This document shows, piece by piece, positions 47,021 to 60,414 of a DNA stretch of 64,000 nucleotides; the stretch's first letter is position 1; every line of letters starts with the position of its first letter. Source of the stretch: Sphyrna mokarran (lineage: Eukaryota); the NCBI GenBank assembly GCA_024679065.1, contig JAGIQG010000009.1:30566001-30630000 (forward strand), given 5' to 3'. The position numbers and the translations under genes are program-made. A model generated the notes under the pieces. That model was not told the origin of the DNA. It searched no databases and saw nothing but the letters and a program-made list of their open reading frames with translations.

Positions 47021-48584
47021 GTGCCATAGAAGAGACCATAACTGAAGGGACAATACTGTTATGATAAAATTCCCATCAAGGTCAAAACAGCAACTTGTCA
47101 ATTAAGGTGATTACTCTTATTTGGCAACTCAATGATTCAACTTTATCATTCAGAATTGGATAAGATGTCAAAGAACAACTCTTTTTCCCCAGCTGAGGAT
47201 GGCATACTAAAACAGAGAGCTCTTGTGCTCCAGCCTGCCAGGGAGGCTGAGAGATTTCAAGTTAATATATGAAGACACACACAGCCTGTAGAGAGGTGAG
47301 TGCCCAGTTTCCATTGAGCTTTTCTATCAGACAGACAGAGTGAATTGTAAATTTGTTTATGGTTTAAAGAGAAATAGGAAATGGATGTAGCTTTGTGGAA
47401 AGAAAATATGAGTTGTACATTCACATATTCTGTGTAAAACAAACCAGTTGGTTGATTTTTAATAGATCTTGTCCTTCTAGGGTGTTATTGAGTCTGACTT
47501 CAGATAAAAACAGAACATTGCAATACATAAGAAATCGCAATATCTCAGAATAAGCATGAGATCCATTGTTACAAACCCTGGGTAATGTTATAATTTAACT
47601 AGATACTGGGTAACAAATGTACACCAGATCATGGGGAACGTGTGGCCTGCTTATGGGAGTGGCTGATGTTGCTGAAGCTGAGAGAACACCTATTGCAGAC
47701 TTCTGGAATTTAGAACAGCTGCCTCTGCAGGCAATCTGTGTACATGCGTTTGACGCAGCTAGTGTGATTTGTCAATGTGTTATGTAGTGCACACAGGGGA
47801 TGGGAAGCCTGTGCGAAGCAGATGCCTGGCTAATTCAACTTCAAAAGCAAATCCTGCGGTTTCCCACAAGAGGAGGACTAGCTTCCACCTTTACCCGATA
47901 ATTTAAGAAAATGTACACATCAACATGAATAATGCAGCAAAATGCACCAACTCTCAGGAGAAGAGACACGGACTCAGACCGTGGGAGTCACTAAATGTAG
48001 GGAACACCAACTACCGGCTGACACAGCAGCATAATGATTTCTATTCACAGAATGTTCTCTCTCCATGCTTCTGCAGCTGTCTTTTGCTATTCCTTGCAGC
48101 CAATGAATTCCAAGCATTCTGCTTTAAAATTTGAAGCCTTGCTTTATTAATTCTCAATCTGCAGAGAATTAATTGTGAGAAAACTCTAAATGCCAAAAAA
48201 AACTGTCTATCAGTAAACTATATTTAAAAATCAAGTTTTGCCACTCAGATTTCCTTCCTAATTAATTTTCTTTTCAGCATTGCCTCTCCAGGATCACATT
48301 TTTTAATGTAAAACACAAGATAATTCTGATGTCAAAAGTGATGGGTATTTGAGAGCATTACAAACACTAATCCAATCTCATGTCTGAATGATATACACCA
48401 CATGAGCTTTCTCTTGCTGCTGACACCTTTGCTGGATAGCCATCTTGAGACTCACTCGCACTCAATCAACCTACAGTACATACATAACTACTATCTACAT
48501 TTCCTTGTATTCCACCATCACAGAAAGTTGGCATTTCAAATGCAGATTGATTACTTTCTTTGCATTCACTTCGTGCATTATTAA

Positions 48585-48935
48585 ATAATTCCAGCAGGGT
48601 TAAATAGGGCAGATTCAGAAAGAATGTTTCCAGGGGTGGAGGAGTCCAGAACTAGGGGACATAGTTTGAGAATAAGGGGTAAACCTTTTAGAACTAAGGT
48701 GAGGAGAAATTTCTTCTTCCAGAGAGTGGTGAATATATGGAATTCACTACCACAGATCTTAGTTGAGGCCAAAACGTTGTTGGATTTCAAGACAAAATTA
48801 GATATAGTTCTTGAGGTTAAGGGGATCAAGGGATATGGAGGGAAAGGAGTTCAGGATATTAAATTCAATGATCAGCCATAATCAAGATGAATGGCAGAGC
48901 AGGCTTGAAGGACTTACCCCTGCTCCTAGTTTCTA
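48585..48935 (+). mobile_element. CR1 3' end
   Basis: ORF 48624..48881 SRTRGHSLRIRGKPFRT.VRRNFFFQRVVNIWNSLP. Confidence 0.9.
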
Positions 48936-49199
48936 TTATCATTTTACAAATATATTAATTACCTGAATTCCTCAGATTATAGCTATCTGGATATTCATTA
49001 CATTGATACATTTATACCTGTAACATTCATCTCCCACTTAGGGCAAAAAAGCTAAACCTTTGTTCTCAGATCTCCCATGTACACACATGCAAGTTGTGTG
49101 GAATGTCAGTCATGCTTCAATTTCATGGAGTTAAGCTATAATGCCTATGAAGGTTTCTTAAGTGCAGGGAGTTTTAGATCACCTGTGAAGCATGAAGAA

Positions 49200-49345
49200 C
49201 CTGGCAATACAGTAGTTAGCACTGCTGCCATACAGCACTGGGACCCGGGTTCAATTCCAGCTTCATGAGACTGTCTGTATGGAATTTGGATGTTCTCTCT
49301 CTGTCTGCATGGTTTTCCTCAGGGTGCTTCAGTTTACTCCCACAC
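49200..49345 (+). mobile_element. V-SINE 5' part
   Basis: gttagcactgctgccatacagcactgggacccgggttcaattcc plus V-domain. Confidence 0.8.
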
Positions 49346-49364
49346 TCCAAGGAGGCACGGTTTA

Positions 49365-49700
49365 CTTTTATTCATTCATGAAACTAGCTACCCGGCATTT
49401 ATTGCCCATCCCTAGTTTCCTGAGGGCAGTTGAGAGTCAACCACAACTCTGTGTCTCTGGAGTCACATGTAAGCTAGACCAGGTAAGTATGGCAAATTTC
49501 CTTCCCTAAAAGACATTAGTGAACCAAATAGATTTTTTCTGACAATTGACAAAGATTTCATGGTCATCATTTGATTCTTAATTCTATTTTTTTTTATATT
49601 GAATTCAATTTGCACCATCTCCAGGGCGGGATTCGAACCCGGGTCCACAGAACATTAGTTGAGTTTCTGGATTAATAGTCTAGCAATAATACCACTTGCA
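49365..49700 (-). mobile_element. tRNA-derived SINE, same family as 10340-10640
   Basis: Minus strand gtggtattattgctagactattaatccag...cccgggttcgaatcccgcc (A and B boxes), body ttagggaaggaaatttgcc. Confidence 0.8.
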
Positions 49701-50199
49701 TGGCCAATCAACCTAAATTTATTTTACACAGAGTACGTGGATGTACAACTCTTTTTTTGCCACTGAGCTACATCAATTTCCTACTTCTCTTTAAAGCATA
49801 AACAAATATATATAACAATAAAGCAGTTCATAGATTTTTAATTGATCTTGTCTCTCTAATAAATGCAAGTTTCTTAATGCTTTCCTGTACTTTTCACAGT
49901 TCTTTGATTTGGACTTGGAAATCAGAAGTACAGCCTGAAAATTTGCATATCACACTAAATTGGACGATATCATTAATTCAGAGGACTATGAAAAATATAG
50001 GAAAGCATTAAAAAAACTTGCGCTTGTGCACAACACTATGTCTGCCCCCATAAAGCTTCCTGTTAACTATAAGGGCCATCCAGCAGTTGGCAAAAAGAGA
50101 AATGGCTCATGTCAACCTCTCAGGGTGATTCCATATTTCTCCCTCCCACTAGGGCCAAATGGACTTCCAAAGAGGTAGGTAGGGGAAAGAAACACTCAC

Positions 50200-51225
50200 C
50201 CAACATTCAGCCGAAAAGCTGAGATGATGCCAATGATGGTAAAACAATATACTGGAGAAACAAAACAATCATACATGCACAGTGCTACCAACATGCTCTT
50301 TCCTTTGACGTTCCACTTAGAAAAATTAAAGGAGATTAAAATATGGACAACACAGACCGTTCACTCACAATAAAATACTCGGAAAGCAAATATACAGATA
50401 GGGACAAAGGTGGGATCAGTATTAAACTGGAATACGTGAAGATTAGTACTTACAGTGGTGTTGGGGATTTAGAACAGCAATGTTTATAACATTTCACTAA
50501 GTTTGGTTCAGTTAAATCAACAGCCAGTAGAACAGATATTATCTTTACTGATGTCTCAGGATCTTGGGTTGTAGCCCATGCTAAGCAATGAAGGAGATTT
50601 ATGGTGATATTTGAGGCATAAGACAAAATACGTAATGTTGCGAAAGATACTTAATTTTGGAATGAAGATTTGGAAACTGCCAGAGAGAATACATAAAACC
50701 AATTTTTATGCAGTAAATGAAAGTCAGTCTGAAATAGTTAATAACTGCTGTAAGACAAAGGTCAAACACATATTTCAGTCGATCGTAATTATTCACAGTT
50801 CAGGGCACAGAATTGACAATAAAAATGTGACACTGAAATTGGAAAATTGTGTGAAAGGTGACATTTAAGGAAATTCAGATAATTAATGGGAAGTGGTAAA
50901 ATAAAGGGACAAAAATACTGCCAGAATTTCTAAAAGTTCCATGCTTTGTTGAAAATGAACATAATTGACAAGAAGATTGATCTTTCAGTATGATGTTTGA
51001 CTTCCCTCCCTATCTGATGGCTTATTGCCAACTTGAAAAGTTTGCTTTTCATATCAAAGCTATAAATATTATTTTCCTATTGATTTGCCCACTTTGAACA
51101 ATAGCAGATTTTGAGGTTTCCTACCTGAGTGACATGGAGTGACAATGTCCCCAAAATGGTTGGTAATGACTAACTGTTCTGTTCCCATTACTGCTGTGGC
51201 TGTAGCAACTTCCCCCTGACCCTAT
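50200..51225 (-). CDS. Candidate spliced ORF: exons 51225-51125, 50580-50454, 50251-50200; product unknown
   Basis: Three pyrimidine-tract/AG...GT-bounded exons with compatible phases from ATG at 51188 (gtaATGG); 81 open codons. Confidence 0.35.
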
Positions 51226-51399
51226 CTGTGGAGGCAGGGAGAGAGGGAAGAGGGTCCCCAGGAGTCATGCAACATGGCCATTTTAAAAGCCAATTATTAT
51301 TTATAGTATACATCCAATTATGATTGTTATTTTTAGGCAGTACTTACTGACATGAGATGCCAGTCAAGCCTCACTAAATATCAGTTGGCTGTCCAGTTA

Positions 51400-52880
51400 A
51401 AGAGGAGACAACTCCTTTTTATGATGGAATTCTCCCATCGTGCTCACAGCAGGCAAGAGCAGAGAATCCTGCTGGAGCCAGAATGTCAGAAACCCATCAG
51501 TGTAAAAAGAGTTTAAAATGGCAAGCCTGTTCTCCTGCTGTCTGGTGATGTGGATGCCATTTGCATTCATTTGCATTTCATAAAAGCTCACTAAGATAGC
51601 TGACCACTAAAATCTTATCAGGCCTTTGAATTTTGTGTCTTGCCAGCAGGAAACCGCATTGACCTCAAACTGTTTGAAAAAGCATGGCGTGCACAACGCA
51701 GAGGCTCGAGACTTTGAGCCGAGTGCATCATACATAGCCTACCTGCCATAGCCTTGTGTTAATCCAGTTACACTGAACAGCAACCACTCTGCTAGGGAGA
51801 CCAGTTCATGCATCTGCTCCATGAACTGGTGTGCGAGGTGAGAGAGTTGGGGGTAGGTGGTGAGATATGGAGGGCTGATAAAAACAAGGAAGGCAAAGTG
51901 GAAGGAGAACTGCAAAAGGGCAGCAGATTGGTTGGAAATGCAAAGAGGGTGACTTCAAATTTTTTAAATTTCCCTAACTCTGCCACTGCTTCTGCAGCTT
52001 GCTGACTGCTACATCCTGATGCCTGTGATGAACTTGGCGGATGTTCCCTTGTGCCTGAACCCTGGAAAGCCCTGGATGTGTAAGTATCTGCTGCTTGGGG
52101 GAAGAAACATACTCAGTGGGGTTTGGCTGCTGAAGTCGATGCGGGTACCAGCTGAGGAACTCTGAGCTGCTGCACATCTTTTGGATCTTCTGGCTGGAGG
52201 CTCCCAGGGCACACGGCTGATAATCATTCAGAGGGCCCTGGCATGACTCCTAGGGAAATTTCACAGTGACTTAGTTGCAGTGTTAATGTAAGCCTTACTT
52301 GTGACTAATAAATACACTTCACTTCCTGCAGGAGATGGGGCATCTGGAAGGAGATCAAGCTGCCTCAATCCCATATCACCTCCATCTTTTTGGTGCCCAC
52401 CAGAATGTTTAGTCACAGAGTACTAGGCTGAGTCAAAATCTGGCAAGACCTGCTGGACCAAGATCTCCATGATGGTTGCCAACCTTTCCATGGTGACCTT
52501 AAAGTGGTCATATTTTGGATCCACAATATCAAACAGAAGATGGACGATCTCTTCCATTATTTGTTCTAGTCTGCTGAGTGACTGTTGACTGCCTGATGTT
52601 CTGCCTATCTGTCACTGCATCACCAACATTCAGTTGGAGGCTGTTTTCAGAAACTCTTCATCAGACTGGGACTGAGGCTAATCTTCAGCAGCCTTCTGAG
52701 TACCGGATACCTGGGCTGTTCCTGCCTCTAACTCCTGCTGGGACGTGCCTGTGAAGTGTTCTGCATAAAGTGACCTGCAATCTAATCAAGAATGATTCCC
52801 ACTGATGGAGGGTGGGTGAGAACTGTTCTCCATGAGCTCTCTCATCTTCCGACATGCTGAATAAACTCAATGTGCTGGTG
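51400..52880. mobile_element. Harbinger-derived remnant
   Basis: Starts ggaattctccc. 52330-52880 resembles the minus-strand second-ORF region at 61400-61960. Confidence 0.45.
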
Positions 52881-52924
52881 CTTATTAGAAATAAATGGCA
52901 GTTTTAGTAGATGAACTGAAGTTA

Positions 52925-54700
52925 CTTCAGAGGAGATTTGTGATTGTCAGGATTTGATGAAATGATTGAGCTGTGATCCGTGATAGGTTGCTGGGGAAGG
53001 CCAATCTCCACAGGAGCGATTCTGGGAGTGTGAGCAACATGGATGTGTAGGTGATGATGTGAAAACTTCCATATGTGTCCCCCAATAACGGATGTATGAG
53101 ATCTGTGAATATTTGAGTACTTGAAGCCATGAAAAGTGCTTGACACTGGAAGGAGTTGAGAGAAGGCTTGCTCTGGGGGAGTGAATTAAGTCATTCATCT
53201 GCTTCCTGCATGGAATGGTGCTTCTGGACTTCATAGAAACATAGAAGATAGGGGCAGGAGGAAATCACTTTTGGCCCTTCAAGCTTGCTCCGCCATTCAT
53301 TACAATCATGGTTGATCATCCAATTCAATAGCCTAATTCTGCCTTTTCCCCATAACCTTTGATCCCATTCGCTCTGAGTGCCATATCCAGCCACTTCTTG
53401 AATGCATTCAATGTTTTGGCATCAACTACTTCCTGTGGTAATGAATTCCACAGGCTCACCACCCTTTGGGTAAAGAAATGTTTCCTCACTTCACTTCCTG
53501 GACAACGGCTTCTCTAGTTGAACAGGTGAAGTTACTGTGCTTCCTCGAGCCATCGTTGGGTAGAGGATATCTCTATGTCTGGGCTCCTTGAATTAAGGCC
53601 TTGAGCACATGGTGGATGAAAGGAGGTGCATAGTTCTTCTTCCTTTTGTCTCTGGGTTGACAACATCCCACACAGTCTCATAAAGACAAGTGGACTGGAG
53701 AGAGTGACATGAAGGTGAAGCACTGGTGTTTAAATATGGTGGCTGGAACTTTAAACCCACCAGCTGATGGCAGATGGACAGACCCACAAGGTACATCAGG
53801 AGAGTACTTGTGCATGATTAATGAGGCTGCAAGCGATTTGATTTGATTTGATTTATTATTGTCGCATGTATTGAGATATAGTGAAAAGTATTGCTTCTGT
53901 ATGCTAAACAGACAAAACATATCATTCATAGAGAAGGAAATGAGAGAGTTATGAATGCAGATGTAGTGTTATGAATGCAGAATGTAGTGTTATGGTCATA
54001 GCTAGGGTGTAAAGAAAGATCAATTTAATGCAAGGTATGTCCATTCAAAAGTCTGACAGCAGCAGGAAAAAAGCTGTTCTTGAGTCGGTTGATACGTGAC
54101 CTTAAACTTTATAACTTTTACCTGACGGAAGAAGGTAGAAGAAAGAATGTCTGAGGTGCATGGGGTCCTTAATTATGCTGGCTGCTTTGCCGAGGCAGCA
54201 GGAAATGCAGACAGAGTCAGTGGAAGGAAGGCTTGTTTGCATGATGGATTGGGCTATATTCATGACTTTTTATAGCTTCTTGCAGTCTTGGACAGAGCAG
54301 GAGCCATACCAAGCTGTGATACAACCAGAAAGAAGACTTTCTATGATGCATCTGTAAAAGTTGGTGAGAGTAACACTGTATCCAGCATGACTTCACACCA
54401 TTCAGGCCAGCAGGAACAATTGTTTGGCTCCATCCTCCATTGCACTAAGAAAAAAGGTGAAGAATTCCAGCCTATGGCTTTGTGTTTGTGGATCCAGAAG
54501 AAATGGGAGGATCCTTGTGACTCCCAAAACCAGATGAGGCCCATGTTCCACGTAAGCACCCTTCATTCTGAGGTTGGACCATCTCTCCATCCCATTCTTC
54601 ACCAATTCTGCTTGATGTATTTCTGGAGATTTCACCATCGGTCATCCAGCTTTAGCTCTCTTGCCCATTCAAACAGCCTTCTTTACCCATCTTCAAAGAT
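52925..54700 (-). mobile_element. Highly decayed gypsy integrase-region fragments, interrupted by CR1 (53233-53490) and Rex1 (53836-54375) 3' ends
   Basis: RSHTSVIGGHIWK..HHL (similar to RSY.V...G...RRH..L), LLMY..GLS...L.G, LVLGVTRILP. The nested CR1 and Rex1 ends are clearer than the host element. Confidence 0.4.
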
Positions 54701-54828
54701 TTAGTTGATAAAATCTGGACACAGAAAGTGAAAAATGAAAGTATCTCTCTTAATGACCTTGTGATTTTTGATTTCATTTGATTTGCTTAGCATTATCCAA
54801 CAGGTTAATGTTCAATTCCTGGACATTG

Positions 54829-55678
54829 TGGGCCTGATTTTACCAGTTTCATTCTAAGTGCTGAATCTGGCTGCAATTCAAACTCGACTTAGAAACCTGT
54901 TCTTAGGCACCCTCATTAGCACTTAGCCTGAAAAAAAAATCCTGAGTCTGAGTCATGCTGTGGGCATGGTGTAGCATGCCCGTAATGATCAGAGCTCTAA
55001 ACTATGCATACATAGAAACAAGTTTGAAAAATTGCACCCGAATCAGATTGTTCTCGGGCCGCAGAAAGCGGAGAAAGCCCGGGAGCGAATAGTGGAAGTG
55101 ATGGGTCGCCACGAGAGATCCATTTTACCCGCCTCCCCTCCCCCAGAGAACGATCTGGCCTCACTGCTCCCCACACCCTCCCCCCACACCCCACAGAATG
55201 ACCTGGCCTCACAACCAAACACCCCCAAAAAAATGATCTGGCATCCATCCCCCTCCCCGGAGGTATATCTGACCTGCCTCCTCACCGTCCCCCCCACCCC
55301 ACCAACCAGACAACAATTAGCTCCCCTCCCTCCCAACCAGACAATGTTTGGCCCTCCCTTTTACCCCCACTCTCCCCACACCAGAGAATGATTTGACCCA
55401 CCTCCCTCTTCCCGCTTCATGATCTGAGTCAGAGAGCCATTGGAAGCTCTGAACTCGCCTCTTCAGCAGCTGGAGCACCGGATTCAAATTTTTATTCAGC
55501 ATGTCCATTTTGGTGCGATTCCAGATCGGGAATGCGTGGTAAAGGGGGAAATGCTGATAAAGTTGGGTGGGCAGTTCATTAATTCAATTTAAATGCATGC
55601 AGATGTAATTAAATCGCTGTTGCGCCCATTTCAGGCACGAATTGGATCCAGCCGTTCCTAGGTCTTGGTAAAGTGACC
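54829..55678. mobile_element. Harbinger-type non-autonomous element with internal C-rich subrepeats of about 40 bp
   Basis: Ends gggcctgattttacc / ggtaaagtgacc; repeated ccccagagaaYgatctggcc at 55140-55400. Confidence 0.55.
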
Positions 55679-55797
55679 TGAAAAAAGTCAATGCTGGTTG
55701 AGATCTATGTGAGAAAGCTCCACCAATAATATCATGTGAAGTTTGTGCCATGATTTGTTATTATATGTTTAACATGTAGAGTATTCAAAATGGTGGA

Positions 55798-56005
55798 GTA
55801 AAAACAGAAAGTGCTGGAAAAAGTCAGCAGTAAAGAGGGAAACAGAGTTTACATTTGGAGACCAATGCAAGACTATGCCAAAGAAGTGTCATGTTGGAGT
55901 TGAAACATTAACTCTCTGCAGATGCTGCCAAACCTGTTGAGATTTCCAGTTTTTTTCAGTTTCTATTTCAAATCTTGGGAGTCTGCAGGATCTTGCTTTC
56001 ATTTC
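55798..56005. mobile_element. Penelope-derived foldback element with degenerate hammerhead
   Basis: Inverted arms aaacagaaagtgctggaaaa..cagcag / ctgttgag.tttccagt.ttttcagttt; central ccaaagaagtgtca...ttgaaacatt. Confidence 0.55.
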
Positions 56006-57805
56006 AGTCTTAAAAATGCTGGATTGCTTTCAAATCGTAAAGGCTTTCTTTGATTATAACGTTGATGAATGATAGCCATTTTACATGAGACAGGAATTTT
56101 GTTTGTTTCAAATATTCTTGGCAGGTTTATGGCAGAGCATTTCTGTAACAAACTAGTAAGTTAGACTATTAAGCCCAATTTTTGACGCATTTTAGTTTAC
56201 ACAAACGAAACACACAAGGACAGTTAGAGAAATCAGCAAATTATGGCTCTTAATGGTTAATTTCATTATTTTGAACAAATTTACAATTCAATGCAATGTG
56301 TAATTAGTGTGGAAATTGAAGCTAACAATTATATCCAAAAATCAGCAAAACAACAAAACAATCAATGTGATATAAGTGAAAAGAAACAGTCATGTTAACA
56401 CAGAGACAAAAGAATTCTAGTCTGTAGCTTTTATTAAAGGTCTAGCATTTTGGACTACAATATCAAGCAGAATTCCATGACCTTACTCAGGACCAAATAA
56501 AAGTAACAGGAAATTGTTATATTCTTTTATGAAGTCACTAATTTAGAATCTATTGCTCTCATCCTGTCAAGTCTTACAAGGTCAGACTATTACAAAGGTT
56601 GACATTGTTTTGAAGTAGGTAGTGACAGATTGTTAACCCATAAAAAAAGATGGATCTGGCTATTATTTTACATTGAAACTCGTAGAAAAAAACGTTGCAA
56701 AGTCCACCAAAAACAATTCAGATAATAAATGAGTAAGACTTGACAAATCCCAGTTCCTCCTCCCCCTTGGCTATGGCTAAGAAACACCATTCAAATTTCA
56801 TAATTGCTCTTCTGCCTTGTTCTTTATTCCCTACCGCATTTCTTAGACAATCCTAAACCGAAGAGTAGGCAAAAATAAATATTGACCGCAATTTACAGAA
56901 ACTAATGTGAATCATTTCTCCATTTGTTCTGTGATGGAGAATGTACAAGAAGACACTTTAGCTTAAGGCAGTAAAACATCCTCTGTCATTTTTACAACAG
57001 AGACATTAATTGCTCATTGCGCTGAACTGCACTTAATGCATTTTTTTAACCTAGAGAGACTCAAATACAGTTTCTCACTGCTCTCCGAAAATGTGTTTTA
57101 TCAGCTAACAAAAGTTCAATGTATATGAAATATATGCCACAACATAGTAATGAGTAATGTTTTAACATGTGTGTCAAACATATGACAGCTTTTCCAAAAT
57201 TGGCACTGATAGCTGTCAGCAGTATGTGGAATTCTGAAGGAAGTAAATCTGTAGCCAATGTGAAGACCACAGCTTGATTTCTCTTTTATACTCCTCTTGT
57301 TTGACCAGTTTTAGGTTTCTCCTGCTGTTGCACCTCTTGAAACTGGCAATAATCGCTATATTGTTGGGACTTGCGGGTGGTCCAGGCTTAAACTGCTTGC
57401 TTGCACAATTGCTTTTGTACTGGAATCTGCAATAGACTATAATTTTTATAAGACAGACAATTAGGATTCATTAAACGGGATAATTTTGAATAAATGTTGG
57501 ATCTCACTTCATTCCCAATTCCCAAGTCAATTTGAACATGTCCTTACCACAGAACAGGCAGACAAAGGATGCAGCAGCACAAACATCCAATTATTTTGGT
57601 TTCCTTGCCATTGGATCAGTGCTTTGTCCTGGCAAGACACAGGTGGAATCTTGTGTGCAATGTTTTCTCCACATTACAGGAAGTCACACACAGGTGCCTT
57701 TCTTTCTGAGCCAACTGAAGAAATGTAGCATTGACATTAATATCTGAAAGATCATCTCCTTGGACGGAACCTGACACGGGCAGAATCTGTGGGAAGGATC
57801 TCAGC

Positions 57806-57965
57806 ATAGAATCCCTACAGAAAGAGGCCATTCAATGAATTGAGCCTGCACTTTCAACAATCCAACCAGGCCCTATCTCCATAATCCCGCAAATATACTC
57901 TGCTGATCGCCCTGACACTAAGGGGCAATTTAGTCAACCTAATCTGTACATCATTGGAGTGTGGA
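57806..57965 (-). mobile_element. HE1-like SINE 3' part
   Basis: catagaatccctacag tail and aggggcaatttag body. Confidence 0.8.
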
Positions 57966-58789
57966 AGAAGAAAAGAGGCAAAAAGGGTACATGATCACGT
58001 AACATATGACCAGACATTCCACGTGACAACAAATGTTCTACATGCCATGAAGATTCCGAATCGGCTTCATCAACTATTTCAGATTCATGGAAGACAATCA
58101 TCCTCATTTGCTTGGGACAGCCAATAATTTAATAATGGTTGAATGAAAGAGAGGTGCACGTTACTAATCAGTATTTGTAGCCATGGTTTGAGTGAGTGAT
58201 GTAACAGCTACCTTTCATGTAGTTTGCAATGTGCCATCAATGTAGAGTGAGCAATGATTTGTCATGCTGCTGATATTTAATGAACTGACTGTTTTTACTG
58301 CGCTATTATTCATTGAAACCTTGATCTACTAAAGCCTGTTCCATGAATTATATTGCTGAGTGGTATTAGAATAAAAAGAGATCTTAATGGGTCACAACTT
58401 ATTTCAATTCCTCACATTTTTTAACCTATTTACTTTCCCATACTTGTGTACTGTTAAATTGCACAACGAAAGCACTAAACTGGATAGTCACAAAAATGGG
58501 TGCAGGGATTGCATTGCACGATTAACTCATGTCAGTTCAATGTAATGCAGTCATCATGCCAAGTTCTTTCTGGCTACACAAGATTAATTCATGTGGCTAG
58601 TGTTAACTACATTGTTCAGTGGCTCAGCGCATCAGCAAGAAGGCAAAAAATTTAACTTGCTTAAATAGCTCAAAACTAGCCTGCATATCTTAAAAGGGTG
58701 ATGCATTGTGGCTGGAGAAATTGTTTACACATCTTCAGGAAATAAATCTTCCTCAGGAAAAATGAAGAATGCGCAATATTAGAGAGAAT

Positions 58790-58995
58790 GATCTCCAAGA
58801 TTTTCTGAGGCTGCAGTGGGGGCTTTGGTGGAGGAAATTGACATTAAGAAAGATGTGTCCACAGGAAGCCCTCCAAACACATTCCCAAAAGGCAGTGAGG
58901 AAAAATAGCTGTGGGTTTAGTGGCGGACATTAAAACCCAAGGATACAGATACAGTGTCTTAAGAAATTCAATAACTTCATGAACGGCCAAGTTCA
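58790..58995 (+). pseudogene. Harbinger Myb/SANT-like DNA-binding ORF remnant
   Basis: PRFSEAAVGALVEEI...KRQ*GKIA...IQCLKKFNN. Confidence 0.7.
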
Positions 58996-60229
58996 GAGAA
59001 GGCATCTTTAAATACCACATGCCATCAACACACTAAGTTGGGGGTGGATTCCAAATATCAGGATGGGATGGGAAGGTAATATGGTGGAAAAGCCCGCTAA
59101 TAATGTTTAAATTTATTGAAATGAGGTTCCCGCCCTTCCTCAGGCATCCCCAACATTTACAGCAGAAATGGATGCAGCCCTGACTTCTGACTTCTATGTC
59201 CTGTAGTCTGCAATGATTGTGACATGTGTCCTCTGGAGGACTGTGATTTAGAGGGCCCTGATCAGTTTTGGGTCTCTTTCTGTGGGGCAAGTTGATGCTC
59301 CTTGGCCTATGGAGCTCAAGGTGGTGGGATCAGAGACACAGGGGAATGGGATTGGCAGTATATTCCTGGTTATTCCTGGGTGTGCAGGTCCTGGCCTTGG
59401 TCCCTTCAAGAGAAAATAAAAATTGGGTAGTGTACTTCGTGCTCCCACCATTGCCAATTGGGCAGCTGGGAATGCTATTGTGCATGCTAAAATGGTCCAG
59501 CACATAGACAAACATTGAGATTCACACTCTTTCAGATTGTTCTGCATTGTCAACTGCTGTCTTCCCCTATGAAATTCTGCAACTTTCCATCAGCAATGCT
59601 ACAGCTAATGGGGTAGATCTGCATAGCAGCACGAAGGCAGGCAAAGGTACACAAAGACAGGCACTAAGTAAGGGAGTGTACAAACATGGTATTTGCATGC
59701 AATATTGCATGATTTGATTCATAAATTCTCTTTGGATTTTCTGGTTGCCTTTATTTTTACATGGCGGACAAACAAACACAGTGATGGTCAGTGAGAAAAG
59801 AAATGGAAGATGTGGGACTATTAGTACAAGGGGAACTACGGTTTTAGTTACTGATGGCATACTCAGATAAGTTTTTCACAGACAGAAAGGGCTTTCTATG
59901 TTGCCTCCTCTCTTCCTGAGCTTCCTGTTTCTTCTCCTCTTCATACTCCTGATGGTAGGGTCTGCTTCATTATGATGATGAGCAGTTCCAGCATGCAGCA
60001 GACTGCCCCCCTCCCCAAATCTTAACACCTGCTCTGTTTAGTGCTACAGAGCTCCTCCAGATGAGTTCAAATGCTAGAAGTGTTGTTTGAAACTTACAGA
60101 ATACTGAGAGGCCTAAATAGAGTGGATTGGAGAGAATGGTTCTACTAGTAGGAGAGACTAGGACTTGAGGGCACAACCTCAAAGTGAAGGGATAATCCTT
60201 TAAACGTTCTTTAAGGAGAGAATAAAAAA

Positions 60230-60410
60230 CAATTAGTTCCTGTTGAATAGAAAGTCTCAGCGCCCTTGCTTACAAAACAATGGATGGCAAATGGCCAGAT
60301 GTTGCGAATATCTCCAACTTTGGCCTGGATAGACCCACACAATTAAAAGTTTATTGCTGCTATTACAATCACAGTAACTGAGTGCCTGGGCAGCACAGTT
60401 CATTAAGTTC
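60230..60410 (-). pseudogene. Harbinger (HARBI1-like) transposase N-terminal remnant
   Basis: ALSYCD/VTVIVIAAINF..CGSIQAKVGDIRNI..FAIHCFV resembles AL.V.VKVT.ALNF.ASGSFQ...GD...ISQ...H.C. Confidence 0.6.
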
Positions 60411-60414
60411 CATG

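Noticed and set aside
47193-47295. Plus-strand exon-like segment (tttttccccag...GAG|gtgagt)
   Set aside because: Stops in all three frames and no linked exons found; could only be non-coding.
49600-49700. tRNA gene (good B box GGTTCGAATCC)
   Set aside because: It continues into a SINE body and has no complete cloverleaf; the same applies to the HE1 heads.
49900-50178. ORF 49960..50178 after a strong acceptor-like ttttcacag
   Set aside because: Translates as DLDLEIRSTA*KFAYHTKLDDIINSED, a decayed CR1 RT segment (DLD...KFADDTKL).
57200-57426. Possible minus-strand terminal exon followed by an AT-rich 3' UTR
   Set aside because: Weak acceptor, no recognisable peptide and no upstream exon identified.
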